Positions 9,133-24,700 of a stretch of DNA of 64,000 nt are shown here, piece by piece; the stretch's first letter is position 1, and every line of letters begins with the position of its first letter. Under the pieces are notes generated by a model, which searched no databases, was not told the origin of the DNA, and saw only the letters and a list, made by a program, of their open reading frames with translations. A program made the translations under genes and the position numbers. The stretch lies in assembly GCA_963674965.2 (NCBI GenBank), contig CAXXFL010000001.1, positions 960,001 to 1,024,000 on the forward strand, in the 5' to 3' direction. The stretch is from a bacterium (lineage in GTDB: Bacteria > RBG-13-61-14 > DATKZS01).

Positions 9133-10809
9133 TTGTCCTATCTGGTACTGGCAAGGAAATGTCGCCCCCAGACTTTTGACGAGATACTGGGACAGGAAGC
9201 GGTCGTCAAGACCATCAAGAACGCCATCGGCCAGGACAGGCTGGCCCACGCCTTCTTATTCAGCGGACCCAGAGGGGTGGGCAAGACCAGCCTGGCCCGG
9301 GTCCTGGCCAAGGCCCTTAACTGCATGTCCTTTGACGGGCCCACCACCACGCCCTGCGGGACTTGCTCGGCCTGCCGGGACATAGCCGCCGGAAGCTCGG
9401 TCGACGTCCTCGAGATAGACGGGGCCTCGAACCGGGGCATCGACAATATTCGCGAGCTTCGCGAGACCGTGCGCTACCTGCCCGCCTCCTACCGGACCAA
9501 GGTGTACATCATAGACGAGGTCCACATGCTCACCACCGAGTCCTTTAACGCGCTGCTCAAGACCCTCGAGGAGCCGCCGTCCCACGTGGTGTTCATGTTC
9601 GCCACCACCGAGCCGCACAAGGTGCCGGCCACAATCCTCTCCCGCTGTCAGAGGTATGACTTCCACCGGGTGGGCATGTCCGTGCTGGTGGACAACCTCC
9701 GCTCCATTTGCGAGCGCGAGGGCATCGAGCTTCCGGAGGGGGCCCTTCGCGTCATCGCCCGCGAGGCGGAGGGCGGAGTGCGCGATTCCCTTTCTCTTCT
9801 GGACCAGGTGGCCGGGTTCGGGGCCAAGGGCCTCACCGAGGAGGACGTGCTCAAGATACTGGGCGTGGTCGACCGGACCCTTGTAGCGGGGCTGGCCCGC
9901 GCCACGCTCGGCCGGGACCCCGCGTCCGTCATCGAGCTTCTGGCCTCGTCGGGCGACTCCGGACGCGACGCCAAGCGCCTGGCCCGGGAGATGCTGCGGT
10001 TCTTCAGGAACCTGGTGGTGGTCAAGCTGACCCGTGACCCGGAGCGGCTGATAGACGCCTCGGACCAGGAACTCGAGGACATGAGGTCCCTGGCCGAGGA
10101 ACACTCGATCGAGACGGTCGAGCGCCTCTTCGACCGGCTGGCCAGGTTTGAGGACGAGGTATCGAGCGCGGGATCGCCGGGCCTCTTGCTCGAGATGACC
10201 CTGGTGAAGATGGCGACCCTTCCTCCCCTGGCGCCGCTGGCCGATCTCATCGCAAGGCTCGAGGAAATCGAGACGGAAATAAAAAGCGGCTCCTTTTCCG
10301 GCGGAGGCGGGACGGGCGGAGGAACGTCCGGACAAAGAGAACCGGAGTGCGCGGGAAACGACGCCAAGGAACCACTCTTCGAGGGCGGCCGTCTTTGTGA
10401 AGACCATCCGGAGAAAGAGGAGGCCAGGGAGGACGACGCCGAGAGATGGGCCGACTTCCTCGACCACGTCCGCAAGCGGGAGCCCAAGCTTTACGCCTTC
10501 CTCCAGGCGGGGTCCTTCTCGGGCCGCTCGGGAAGGGAGTGGCGGCTGGTGTTTGCTCCCGGCAGCCCGGCCATGGAGAGACTAAAAGGAGAGAGGAACT
10601 CCAAGCGGCTGATGGAACTCGTGGTCGAGAGCCTGGGAAACTCGAACCGCCTCATAGTCAACGAGGACCAGGGACTTGCGTCGCCCTCCTCCAGCCATTC
10701 GAAAAGATGGGACGAGGACGAGCGGAGAAAAGAGGCCATCGACGACCCCGTGGTCAAGGCCTTGATGGAAAAACTCTCCGGCGACCTCGAGGAAGTGAAA
10801 CTTAAATAA
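9133..10809 (+). CDS. dnaX: DNA polymerase III subunit gamma/tau
   Basis: YLVLARKCRPQTF, GPRGVGKT Walker A, zinc cysteines, EIDGASN, IIDEVHML, KTLEEPP, SRCQ; TTG start after GAGGAG. Confidence 0.97.
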   Translation: MSYLVLARKCRPQTFDEILGQEAVVKTIKNAIGQDRLAHAFLFSGPRGVGKTSLARVLAKALNCMSFDGPTTTPCGTCSACRDIAAGSSVDVLEIDGASNRGIDNIRELRETVRYLPASYRTKVYIIDEVHMLTTESFNALLKTLEEPPSHVVFMFATTEPHKVPATILSRCQRYDFHRVGMSVLVDNLRSICEREGIELPEGALRVIAREAEGGVRDSLSLLDQVAGFGAKGLTEEDVLKILGVVDRTLVAGLARATLGRDPASVIELLASSGDSGRDAKRLAREMLRFFRNLVVVKLTRDPERLIDASDQELEDMRSLAEEHSIETVERLFDRLARFEDEVSSAGSPGLLLEMTLVKMATLPPLAPLADLIARLEEIETEIKSGSFSGGGGTGGGTSGQREPECAGNDAKEPLFEGGRLCEDHPEKEEAREDDAERWADFLDHVRKREPKLYAFLQAGSFSGRSGREWRLVFAPGSPAMERLKGERNSKRLMELVVESLGNSNRLIVNEDQGLASPSSSHSKRWDEDERRKEAIDDPVVKALMEKLSGDLEEVKLK

Positions 10810-10841
10810 CGCCTTTTAAAGGCCTGGCCCAGGGAGACGTC

Positions 10842-11183
10842 ATGCCCGATTTTCCTTTCGACCTAAGTAAGCTCAACCTTTCATCCATCATGGATATGGC
10901 CAACGACCTCAAAGATAAAATGGCCCAGATGGAGAACTCCCTTGCCGGCGTTGTGGTCGAGTCGGTGGTGGGAGGGGGCATGGTCAAGGTGTCGGCCAAC
11001 GGAAAGGGCGAGATAGTAAGGGTGTCCATCGAGGACGAACTGGTGGCCATGCACGACAGGGAAATGCTCGAGAGCCTCGTTCTTTCCTGCGCGAACAAGG
11101 CCCTGGCCGAGGCCAAAAAGCGGCGGGAAGAGGAGATGAAAAAACTGACCGGCGGTTTGGGGGTCCCTGGATGGCTGGCCTGA
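10842..11183 (+). CDS. ybaB: YbaB/EbfC nucleoid-associated protein
   Basis: GGGMVKVSANGKGE, MLESLV..A.N.AL; lies between dnaX and recR. Confidence 0.92.
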   Translation: MPDFPFDLSKLNLSSIMDMANDLKDKMAQMENSLAGVVVESVVGGGMVKVSANGKGEIVRVSIEDELVAMHDREMLESLVLSCANKALAEAKKRREEEMKKLTGGLGVPGWLA

Positions 11184-11785
11184 CCGACGACCCGGTCCAG
11201 GAACTGGTCCGGCTTTTGGCGCGCCTTCCGGGTATTGGCGAGAAATCGGGCGCTCGTCTGGCCTATTTTATCGTCAACCATCGCTCGAGGTATCCCGAGG
11301 ACCTGGCCCGAGCCATCCTCGAGGTCCGGGACAGGGTCAAGCCCTGTTTGGTCTGCGGGTATCCGGACTCACGCGAGCCTTGCCGCTACTGCGCGGATGA
11401 CGAAAGGGACCGCTCGATCATTATGGTGGTCGAGGAGCCCACCGACCTTGACGCGATGGAAAAAGCCATGGTTTACCGGGGTCTTTATCACGTCCTGGGC
11501 GGGACCATCTCTCCCCTCGCGGGCAAGGGCCCCGAGCAGATTAACGCGGCTTCCCTGTTGTCTCGCCTTGCTAAAGAAGACATTAAAGAGGTCATCATCG
11601 CCACCAACCCCTCGGTGGAAGGCGACGCCACGGCGGCGTGGCTCGAGGAGGGCCTGGCCAGGATTAATAATCCACCCATGGTAACCCGGCCGGCAAGGGG
11701 CGTACCCGTGGGGTCCGAGCTAAAATACATGGACCCTCAATCCCTGGGCCACGCGCTTCGAGGAAGACGAAAAGAAGAGTCCTGA
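11171..11785 (+). CDS. recR: Recombination mediator RecR
   Basis: LPGIGEKSGARLA HhH, C4 zinc finger, YHVLGG, TOPRIM ATNPSVEGDAT. Confidence 0.96.
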   Translation: MAGLTDDPVQELVRLLARLPGIGEKSGARLAYFIVNHRSRYPEDLARAILEVRDRVKPCLVCGYPDSREPCRYCADDERDRSIIMVVEEPTDLDAMEKAMVYRGLYHVLGGTISPLAGKGPEQINAASLLSRLAKEDIKEVIIATNPSVEGDATAAWLEEGLARINNPPMVTRPARGVPVGSELKYMDPQSLGHALRGRRKEES

Positions 11786-11843
11786 TATCTACGGTCCCTA
11801 ATAACCATCAGTAAAACCCGAGGGACGCGGAAGACTCGTCAAC

Positions 11844-12305
11844 ATGAAAGAAAAAATCAAAATCCTTTTCCTTTGCACGGGCAACTCCTGCAGGTCGCAG
11901 ATGGCCGAGGGCTGGTCCAAGGCGCTACGGTCTGACGATATCCTGGCCTGGTCCGCCGGCGTGAAGACCAAGCCGGTCGATCCTCGAGCGGTAAAGGCCA
12001 TGGCCGAGGCGGGAGTGGATATCTCGGGCCAAGCATCCAAGGACGTTAAGGAATTGATGTACATTGACTTCGACTATGTCATCACCCTCTGCGGCCATGC
12101 CCACGAGACCTGCCCGATCTTTCCCGGCAAGGCCCGGGTCGTCCACAACGGTTTCGACGATCCCCCGCTCCTGGCCAGAAACGCCGAATCCGAGGATGAA
12201 GCCATGGATCATTACCGAAGGGTTCGAGATGAAATCCGCAAATTTGTGCTCGGGCTGACGGAAAATCTTAATGACGAGGGCATGGAATTCAAGCTCGATT
12301 TATAG
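11844..12305 (+). CDS. arsC: Thioredoxin-coupled arsenate reductase (LMW-PTP fold)
   Basis: LFLCTGNSCRSQMAEG P-loop, ITLC...CP, FDDP. Confidence 0.88.
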   Translation: MKEKIKILFLCTGNSCRSQMAEGWSKALRSDDILAWSAGVKTKPVDPRAVKAMAEAGVDISGQASKDVKELMYIDFDYVITLCGHAHETCPIFPGKARVVHNGFDDPPLLARNAESEDEAMDHYRRVRDEIRKFVLGLTENLNDEGMEFKLDL

Positions 12306-12418
12306 TCGCGACCAGTAAAGCTTTATATTTTAGTTCCTTAGCCTTCGTCCTCTTTATATGTGCCGCCGCCGGGATCGGTCTTATAAAAAAGAGAGGGTTT
12401 TTCGCGGGGTAAAATGGA

Positions 12419-12447
12419 TTGACAAAAGGGGAAGCTTGGGTTATCAT
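12419..12447 (+). promoter_or_regulatory. Sigma70 promoter for rplU-rpmA
   Basis: TTGACA (12419-12424), 17-nt spacer, TATCAT (12442-12447). Confidence 0.75.
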
Positions 12448-12529
12448 TCATAAATCATTGGAACCCGTCTTTAGGCTCCGAGGATTGCCCCGGAGCTTGA
12501 TTTCGTGGTCAAGGGTCTAAGGGGAAAAA

Positions 12530-12958
12530 ATGTTTGCTGTAATAAAAACCGGCGGAAAGCAGTACCGGGTATGTCCCGGTGACAAGATAAAGGTCGAGAA
12601 ACTTGGCGTCAGGGCCGGCGGCAAGGTGGTTTTTGACGAGGTCCTTATGGTCGGAGGCGGCGACGTTGCGGTCGGCTGTCCCACCGTGGAGGGCGCGGCG
12701 GTCAAGGCCACGGCGATCAAGCACGGTCTGGGCAACAAGATAATCGTCTACAAGTTCAAGCGTCGCAAAGGTTATCACAAGAAGCAGGGTCACCGGCAGG
12801 ACTACACGCTGGTCGAGATTCTTGACGTTCTGACCGACGCCAATGAAGTGAAGAAAGCGATCGAGGAACGCGACGCCGACGCGGCCTCGGCCCCCGCGGA
12901 AGAGGCCGTGGCCGACTCCCAGGCCGAGGACTCGGCTTCCGGCTCCGAGGAGGAATAA
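12530..12958 (+). CDS. rplU: 50S ribosomal protein L21 with acidic C-terminal extension
   Basis: [30 protein letters not shown]. Confidence 0.97.
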   Translation: MFAVIKTGGKQYRVCPGDKIKVEKLGVRAGGKVVFDEVLMVGGGDVAVGCPTVEGAAVKATAIKHGLGNKIIVYKFKRRKGYHKKQGHRQDYTLVEILDVLTDANEVKKAIEERDADAASAPAEEAVADSQAEDSASGSEEE

Positions 12959-12959
12959 A

Positions 12960-13223
12960 ATGGCGCATAAAAAATCCGGTGGAAGCTCGAGGAACGGCAG
13001 GGACAGCGCCGGCCAGAGGCGGGGCATCAAGAAGTTCGGCGGCCAGAGGGTCATTGCCGGCAATATATTGATCCGCCAGTTGGGCACGAAGATACTGCCC
13101 GGCAGGAACGTGGGCCTGGGCAGGGACTACACCATCTTCGCCAAGATCGACGGAACGGTCAGCTACGAGAGAGTCGGGAAAAACCGCACCCGCGTAAGCG
13201 TGGTCCCGGAGAACCCGGCCTGA
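12960..13223 (+). CDS. rpmA: 50S ribosomal protein L27
   Basis: [27 protein letters not shown]. Confidence 0.98.
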   Translation: MAHKKSGGSSRNGRDSAGQRRGIKKFGGQRVIAGNILIRQLGTKILPGRNVGLGRDYTIFAKIDGTVSYERVGKNRTRVSVVPENPA

Positions 13224-13245
13224 ATACATAATAAGACCGCGCCTA

Positions 13246-13273
13246 AGGCCCCGCTCCTAGGCGGGGCTTTTTT
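13246..13273 (+). terminator. Rho-independent terminator after rpmA
   Basis: GCCCCGC-tcctag-GCGGGGC followed by TTTTTT. Confidence 0.8.
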
Positions 13274-13311
13274 AGTATTATGGCCCCCCCCTCTCGGGGC
13301 CGGCGCGTTAA

Positions 13312-15551
<2,240 letters not shown>

Positions 15552-15649
15552 GGGCCCGCTTTCTTTACTCGATTATGGCGATCGGGTATCCTATACCGGC
15601 CTCGGGCGGGAAGCGGCTCGAGGGCAAGCGCCCAAAACGGAGGAATGTG

Positions 15650-16909
15650 ATGGAACTGAGAGAGGAAATCGTACAAATCGCGGCCAAGGCCAAAAAGGCC
15701 TCGCGCGATTTGTCCAGCCTGGGCTCGAGCGCCAAGGACGGGGCCCTCGAGTCGATCGCCGGGGCCCTGGTGGACGAGGCCGACAGGATCAAGACCGCGA
15801 ACGACAAGGACCTCGAGGCGGCCGAGAAGAACGGACTCTCCGCCGCCATGATCGACCGGCTTCGGCTCACGCCCGAGCGCGTAAAGGCCATGGCCGACGG
15901 CCTTCTCGAGATCGTGGCCCTGCCCGACCCGGTGGGCGAGGTCACCCGCATGTGGACCCGGCCCAACGGGCTCAGGATAGGAAGGATGAGGATACCACTC
16001 GGGGTGATCGGCATTATCTTCGAGAGCAGGCCCAACGTGACGGTCGACGCCGCCGGGCTCTGTCTCAAGTCGGGCAACGCGGTCATTTTGCGGGGAGGGT
16101 CGGAGGCCATCAACTCGAACAAGGTCCTGGGCGACATTATGATCGAGAAGGCCACCGCCGCCGGCGTGCCGGAGGGCGCCGTCCAGGTCATTCCCACCAC
16201 CGACCGGGCCGCCGTGGACTTCCTGCTCGAGCAGGAGGACTATATCGACGTGATCATACCCAGGGGCGGAGAAGCCCTGATAAGAAAAGTGGTCGAGCGG
16301 TCCCGCATACCCGTGCTCAAGCATTACAAGGGCGTTTGCCACGTTTACGTGGACGCCGACGCCAATCCGAAGAAGGCCCGCGAGATATGCATGAACGCCA
16401 AGCTGCAGCGGACCGGCGTTTGCAACGCCATGGAGACCATGCTGGTCCACGTGGGCATAGCCGAGGATTTTCTGGCCATGATCGTGCCGGCCATGCTCGA
16501 GCAAGGGGTCGAGCTTCGGGGATGCGAGATAACGCGCGACTTCCAGCCCCAGGTCAAGCCGGCGGTGGAGGATGACTGGAGCGCCGAGTATCTGGACAAG
16601 ATTCTCGCGGTGCGGGTGGTCGAGGACCTGGACATGGCCATCGATCACATCAGGAGGTACGGCTCGGACCACACCGACGCGATAGTGACGGAGAACTACA
16701 CGATCGCCCAGCGCTTCATCCGGGAGGTCGACTCGAGCTCGGTCATGGTCAACGCCAGCACCAGGTTCTCCGACGGCTTTCAGTATGGGCTGGGGGCCGA
16801 GATAGGGATCAGCACCACCAGGCTGCACGCCTACGGTCCCATGGGTCTCGAGGAATTGACCACCACCAAGTTCATCGTCCACGGCGACGGCCAGATACGA
16901 GAGTCCTGA
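15650..16909 (+). CDS. proA: Gamma-glutamyl phosphate reductase
   Basis: [50 protein letters not shown] 15650 after GGAGG. Confidence 0.97.
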   Translation: MELREEIVQIAAKAKKASRDLSSLGSSAKDGALESIAGALVDEADRIKTANDKDLEAAEKNGLSAAMIDRLRLTPERVKAMADGLLEIVALPDPVGEVTRMWTRPNGLRIGRMRIPLGVIGIIFESRPNVTVDAAGLCLKSGNAVILRGGSEAINSNKVLGDIMIEKATAAGVPEGAVQVIPTTDRAAVDFLLEQEDYIDVIIPRGGEALIRKVVERSRIPVLKHYKGVCHVYVDADANPKKAREICMNAKLQRTGVCNAMETMLVHVGIAEDFLAMIVPAMLEQGVELRGCEITRDFQPQVKPAVEDDWSAEYLDKILAVRVVEDLDMAIDHIRRYGSDHTDAIVTENYTIAQRFIREVDSSSVMVNASTRFSDGFQYGLGAEIGISTTRLHAYGPMGLEELTTTKFIVHGDGQIRES

Positions 16910-16919
16910 CGGAGGCCTC

Positions 16920-17561
16920 GTGTACGTGGGCATATACGGGGGAACGTTCAATCCCATTCACCTTGGCCATTTAAGGGCCGCCGAGGAGATTCGGGAAAAG
17001 TTCAAGATGAAGAAGGTGGTCTTCGTTCCGTCCTTCATTCCCCCGCACAAGGACAACGCCGAGGTGGTCGATCCCATGCACCGATTGAAAATGGCCGGCC
17101 TGGCGGTTACGGGTAACCCCTTTTTCTCGATCTCCGAGGTCGAGCTTCAAAGAAGGGGAAAGTCCTATTCCATCGACACCATAAGGCAGTTAAAGGACCA
17201 ACTGGGGGACGACGAGTTGGCTTTCATCATGGGGATGGACGCCTTCCTCGAGATCGAGACCTGGTATAAGTACAAGGAAATTTTCGCGGAGTGCGACTTT
17301 ATCGTAACCTCCCGCCCCGACTCGCCCGCCGCGTCCCCGGCCAAGGCCATTCCCGAGGCCGTCAAGGGCGACTTTAAAAAGAAGACGGGGGCGAATGAGT
17401 TCACTCACGTTTCGGGCAGGAGACTGGTTTTCACGGAGGTATCGAGGCTCCAGATATCGGCCACCGCCATCAGGCGGGCCGTCCGCTCCGGCGAGTCGAT
17501 AAGATATCTGTTGCCCATCCGGGTGATGGAGTACATAGGAGAACATGGGCTTTATAAATGA
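16920..17561 (+). CDS. nadD: Nicotinate-nucleotide adenylyltransferase
   Basis: GGTFNPIHLGH, PPHK, SYSIDT, IMGMD, ISATAIR. Confidence 0.96.
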   Translation: MYVGIYGGTFNPIHLGHLRAAEEIREKFKMKKVVFVPSFIPPHKDNAEVVDPMHRLKMAGLAVTGNPFFSISEVELQRRGKSYSIDTIRQLKDQLGDDELAFIMGMDAFLEIETWYKYKEIFAECDFIVTSRPDSPAASPAKAIPEAVKGDFKKKTGANEFTHVSGRRLVFTEVSRLQISATAIRRAVRSGESIRYLLPIRVMEYIGEHGLYK

Positions 17562-17576
17562 AGCCCGGCAAAGAGC

Positions 17577-17984
17577 ATGAAAAGAAAAGCGGGATCGAGA
17601 AAAGCCAAGGCAAAGGGACCGTCGGCCAGGAAGCTGGCCGAGGCCGTCGCGAACGCGGCCGCGGACATGAAGGGGGAGGACATAGTCCTGATGGAGGTGG
17701 CCGAGCTGGTCGGCTACGCGGACTACTTCATCCTGGCCTCGGGAAGAAGCACCAGGCACGCCCAGTCCATCGCCGAGAACGTGCAGCGGGAGGTCATGAA
17801 CGCCGGATCGGCCATCTTGGGCGTCGAGGGAGACAGGGAAGGAAACTGGATTCTGATCGACGCCGGCGACGTGGTCGCCCACGTCTTCTATCATCCCGTC
17901 CGTCTCTTCTACGAGATTGAAAAAATCTGGAGCGACGCTCGAATCGAGCCGTGGCCGGCGGAAGATGAGGGCCGTCCCAAGTGA
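17577..17984 (+). CDS. rsfS: Ribosome silencing factor
   Basis: KGEDI, DYFILASG, WILIDAGDVVAHVF, RLFYEIEKIW; follows nadD. Confidence 0.94.
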   Translation: MKRKAGSRKAKAKGPSARKLAEAVANAAADMKGEDIVLMEVAELVGYADYFILASGRSTRHAQSIAENVQREVMNAGSAILGVEGDREGNWILIDAGDVVAHVFYHPVRLFYEIEKIWSDARIEPWPAEDEGRPK

Positions 17985-18070
17985 ACAAAATAAAAAGGTA
18001 GCGGTCTTAGTAATAGTCCAGTTAAGTCCGGTCGGCCAATAGGGCCGGCCTTTTTAAGGAGGAGAGGAAA

Positions 18071-19539
18071 ATGCGGCGTCTCGGACTCATAATCGGGATT
18101 TTCATCGCCCTGGCGGCGGCCGCGCCCCTCGCGGGCGCTCGGGCGAAAATGGGCGTTCCCATGGAAAGGGCCGTGGTCAAGGTGATAACCGTGGCCTCGA
18201 CCCCCAGCTACGTCCAGCCCTGGCAAAGCGGAATGCAAAGCCAGCAGACCGGCTCGGGAGCGGTCATAGAAGGAGGCCGGATACTTACCAACGCCCACGT
18301 GGTGGCCAACCAGACCTACGTTCAGGTGCAAAGACAGGGAGACCCCACCAAGTACACGGCCAAGGTCGTGGCAACGGGACACGAGTGCGACCTGGCCATC
18401 CTCGAGGTCGAGGACGAGAAGTTCTACAAGGGCGTACAGCCGCTCGATATCGGGAAGATGCCCAAGATCAGGGACAAGGTCGCCGCCTACGGGTTTCCCA
18501 TTGGGGGCGACAAGCTGTCCATTACGGAGGGCGTGGTCAGCCGGGTCGAGCTGGGCAGGTACAGCCACTGCTGGAAAAACCTTCTCCTGGTCCAGATCGA
18601 CGCGGCCATCAACCCGGGCAACTCGGGCGGTCCCGTCATCAAGGACGGTAAAATAGCCGGCGTGGCCTTCCAGGGCATGGGCGGAGCGGACAACGTGGGA
18701 TTCATGATCCCGCCTCCCGTGATCCTGCATTTCCTGAAGGACGTCGAGGACGGCCAGTACGACGGCTTTCCCACCTTGGGCATCGGCTTCCAGGAACTCG
18801 AGAACGAGTACCACCGGGCCTCCCTCGGCATGGGCAAGGACCAGACGGGCATCCTCTTGACCGAGGTGGCCTATCAGGACTCATCGTGGGAGCTGCTGAA
18901 GGCGGGCGACGTTATCCTGTCCGTCGAGGGCCAGGACATAGCCAACGACGGCACCGTGCCCTTCGAGGGGGAGGAAAGGATACTGTTTCCCTACTTCCTT
19001 ACTTTTAAATATCCCGGCGACAAGGCCAACCTCAAGATACTAAGAGAAGGAAAAGAGATGAACGTCCAGGTCCCGCTGAAAACGGGCCAGGCCATCATCA
19101 GCGTCTGCGAATACGACGTCATGCCCACCTACTATGTTTTCGGGGGCATGGTGTTCTCTCCTCTTTCTTTAAACTACCTCCAGTCCTTTGGCGGCGGCAT
19201 GTGGTGGAACGCCTCCCCCGTGGATTTAAAATACCACCTCATCATGGACAGCGCCTCCCCCGAAAGGGAGCAGGTCGTCATCATGCAGTACGTCTTGGCC
19301 GACGAGGTCAACGTGGGCTATCACGCCATGGAGGACATGATTGTCGAGACCGTGAACGGCGAAAGCGTGACCGACCTTAAGGACATGATCCAAAAGATCG
19401 AGTCCTCCACCGCCCAGTACGTCGAGATCGGCGCCGAGGGCGGGAATAAAATCGTGCTTGACGCTCAGGCCGCCAGGGAGGCCCTGCCGCGTATACTTAC
19501 GCGATATCGAATCCCCGCCGACCGATCCGACGACCTTAA

Positions 19540-19543
<4 letters not shown>
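18071..19543 (+). CDS. HtrA/Deg-family trypsin-like serine protease with two PDZ domains
   Basis: Signal peptide; LTNAHVV, ECDLA, AAINPGNSGGP catalytic triad; two PDZ-like regions. Confidence 0.92.
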
Positions 19544-21696
<2,153 letters not shown>

Positions 21697-21709
21697 TATT
21701 TTCCCCGGA

Positions 21710-24700
21710 TCAACCGTCCTTGTCGGATTGAAAGGACAATATCGCTTCCATCGCTCGGGAAAGCTCACGTTCCCGATCGTTAATATCGGACCGGGCCTTG
21801 GACGCGATTTTTTCGATGGCGCCGCGAGCGGCAACGCGAAGTTCCTCATCTTCATCTCCCGCTCGGGCCAATAAAAAGCCAAGGCTCTCGAGACCGCAAA
21901 TCTCTCCAGTTGCCCAGATAACCGTTCTCCGTCCGCGGGCGTCGTCCGTTTTCAGAAACCACTTCACCAGGGCGTCGCCGATGGCCTTGGGGCTGAAAAT
22001 TGAAAAGCGCCCGAGGACTTCACTAGCCCGCTCATGATCCGCGGCCGATAATTCGTCGATCAGACGTTCCAGCGCGCCGGCCGCTTCTCGCTCGGGGGCA
22101 CGGGCCGTCTCCAACGCCTCTTGATATTCATCTTGAGATTCCCTTTCCGGAAAGGATGACGAGTATTCGCCCCATAAGTCGATCTCGTCTCCCGAAAAGT
22201 CAACGTCCTCGACGGCCCGCTCAGGATAGGATTCACGATCGTCCGCCGCCGAGTCGGATGGCGCCGAGACCGCCCGGGCCTCTTGAGATTTATCCTCGGC
22301 GGCCGTCTCCTCGAAGTCGGCCCCCGCGTCGCACAATCTTTTCAACTCGCCGCGACCCTTCTCGGTGAGCGCGAGTACCGGGTACTTCGGACTTCCCGAT
22401 TTTTTGAAAAGGCCCTCGATCAGCATGACCTGGACCTTGTCGCGAAGGTTTTCCTGCGAGTCATGGATCGAGCCGTATACCTCGAGGCGGTCGGCTTTAA
22501 GAGGTCCAACCCAACTGGCCCTGGACCCGGCCAGGATGGCCGCTACCCGACCCACCCCGACGGGTGAAGAGACCTGGGCCACGCACTTTAGCGCGGCCAG
22601 CCTTGTGGCGTCGTTGCCGGAGACGCCCGCTTTTCGGCGCTTGGCCGGCTTCGTCTCCTCGGGGGGGGCCGAAAGAGAAGCGGGCTTGATTTTCAAGGCG
22701 GCCTTGTGGCCCTTCGAGGTGAGTCCGACCACGGGACGTCCAGCCTCGCCCCTGTTCTCGAGGTAGCCTTCCCGAAAAAGCGCGCTTATCGTTTTCTTTA
22801 CCTCGTCCTGGTTGGCGGACACTTTGCCGTAGGCCGGGTTCCGGTCGAGCTTCCATTTGATGAGGTTCTTGTCGCGAGAGCCGGTCACCACCTGGGCTAT
22901 CTTTCCCCTGCCAAGAGGGAAACGAAGGCGGCTCACGCAAAGCAGGATGGGCGCGGCTACGTGGGGCGACTCGGCCAGGATTCCCGACGCGGATTCCGGC
23001 TCATCCTCTTCCCGGCAGCGGTCGCATGATCCGCAAGTCCCCGCGCTTTTCTCGCCGAAGTAATTCAGGATGTACTCGTGTCGGCAAGACGGATGCGCGA
23101 TTAGCTTTTCCATGGCCTCGAGCTTCTCGTACTCGGCCTTTCTCAGTTTCTCGTGTTTGTCCCAGTCGATAGGGGCCTTTTTGAATGGGGGCGGCGTGTC
23201 GATGAGCTTCTCGATCCCCCTTCCCCGAAAGGGCGGCTCGTATTCGATGACGCCCGCGTTATCGAGAGACGCCAGCGCCCTCTTGACCTGTTCCTCGTCA
23301 AGACCGGCTGACAGGCAAAGCCGGGTGAGACTGATCTCGTGTCTTCCCGGCTCCTCGAGGTCCGCCACGCTCGAGATGGCCTCGAGCACCCTCCGCTGAA
23401 CGGGTCCCTTTACCGAGGAGATGGTCCTCGAGCCGGGGCGGTCGAAGGTTACGGCCACCCGCTGCTCGCCCGAGAAGGCCCGAGTCAGGCCGGCGTTATC
23501 CAGCAATCTCACGGCGGCCCCCACTTGCATGTCTTTCACGTTGCCGTCGCATAAGGCCGCGATGCCCCGGTAGGTCATCATGATAGGGTTGGCCTTGATC
23601 TTCCAAAGGGCCCGGTAGACGTCCTCGACCTGCTCGGGCTTGGGATAGCTCATGTCGATGAAAAACTCCCGGAGGCGGCGGTCGGAGGGAGAGTAAAGGA
23701 GCACGCACTTTGAAATAAGCCCGTCCCGGCCGGCCCTGCCAATTTCCTGGTAATACTGCTCGACCGATCCGGGGTAGGAGTAGTGGACCACGAAGCGGAC
23801 GTCGGGCTTGTCGATGCCCATGCCAAAGGCCGAGGTCGCCGCCACCACCCGGTCCTTGCCGCTGATGAAGCGGTCCTGGGCCCGCTCGCGCTGGTCCGGC
23901 TCCATGCCCGCGTGGTACACGCCCACTCGTTGGCCCGCGGCGGACAAAGAGTCGGCCGCTTCCTCCGCCGCCCTCCTCGTTCCCGCGTAAATGATGCCCG
24001 AGCCGGGGTTTTCCCGTAAGAATTCCTCGAGGAAGATTATTTTTTCGGTCTCCGTATAGGCCGGCTCGACTTCTATCTCGAGGTTGGGCCGCGAGAACCC
24101 GTGGACGTGAACGTCAACCTCGCCGGCCGTGAGCCCAAGGGACTCGATCACGTCCTTTCTAACTCGAGGCGTGGCCGTGGCGGTAAGGGCCGTAACTTTC
24201 GGGTTTCCCAGCCGGCGTCGAAACTCTCGAAGGCGAAGGTAGTCGGGCCGGAAGTCGTGGCCCCATTCCGAGATGCAATGGGCCTCGTCCACGGCCATCC
24301 TCTCGACTTTCACCCTCGAGACCATGCCGGCGAAGGTCGCGTTCCGAAAGCGCTCTGGCGCCACGTAAAGCAGCTTGTACTTGCCATCGGCGCAGGCGGC
24401 CATGCGGCCCCTTTGTTCGTCCAGGCCAAGACTCGAGTTGATGAAGGTGGCGGATACGCCCTTTCTCGCGAGTTCGTCCACCTGGTCCTTCATGAGCGCG
24501 ATAAGGGGGGACACCACCAGGGTAAGTCCTTTTCCCATCAAGGCGGGAAGCTGGTACAAGAGGGATTTGCCGCTGCCAGTGGGCATGACCACCAGCAGGT
24601 TGCCGCCGGATAAAACCGACCTTAAAGACTCCTCCTGGCCGGCGAGAAATTCCCGGTGCCCGAAGCGCTCGGATAAAAGCCTGGCCGCCTCTTCCATATT

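Noticed and set aside
10270-10300. Programmed -1 frameshift in dnaX (gamma subunit)
   Set aside because: The only A-run near the expected place reads ATA AAA AGC in frame, not the A AAA AAG heptamer, and no convincing stimulatory hairpin follows
11844-12305. Arsenic resistance operon
   Set aside because: Only a lone arsC-like gene; no arsR, acr3/arsB or arsA nearby
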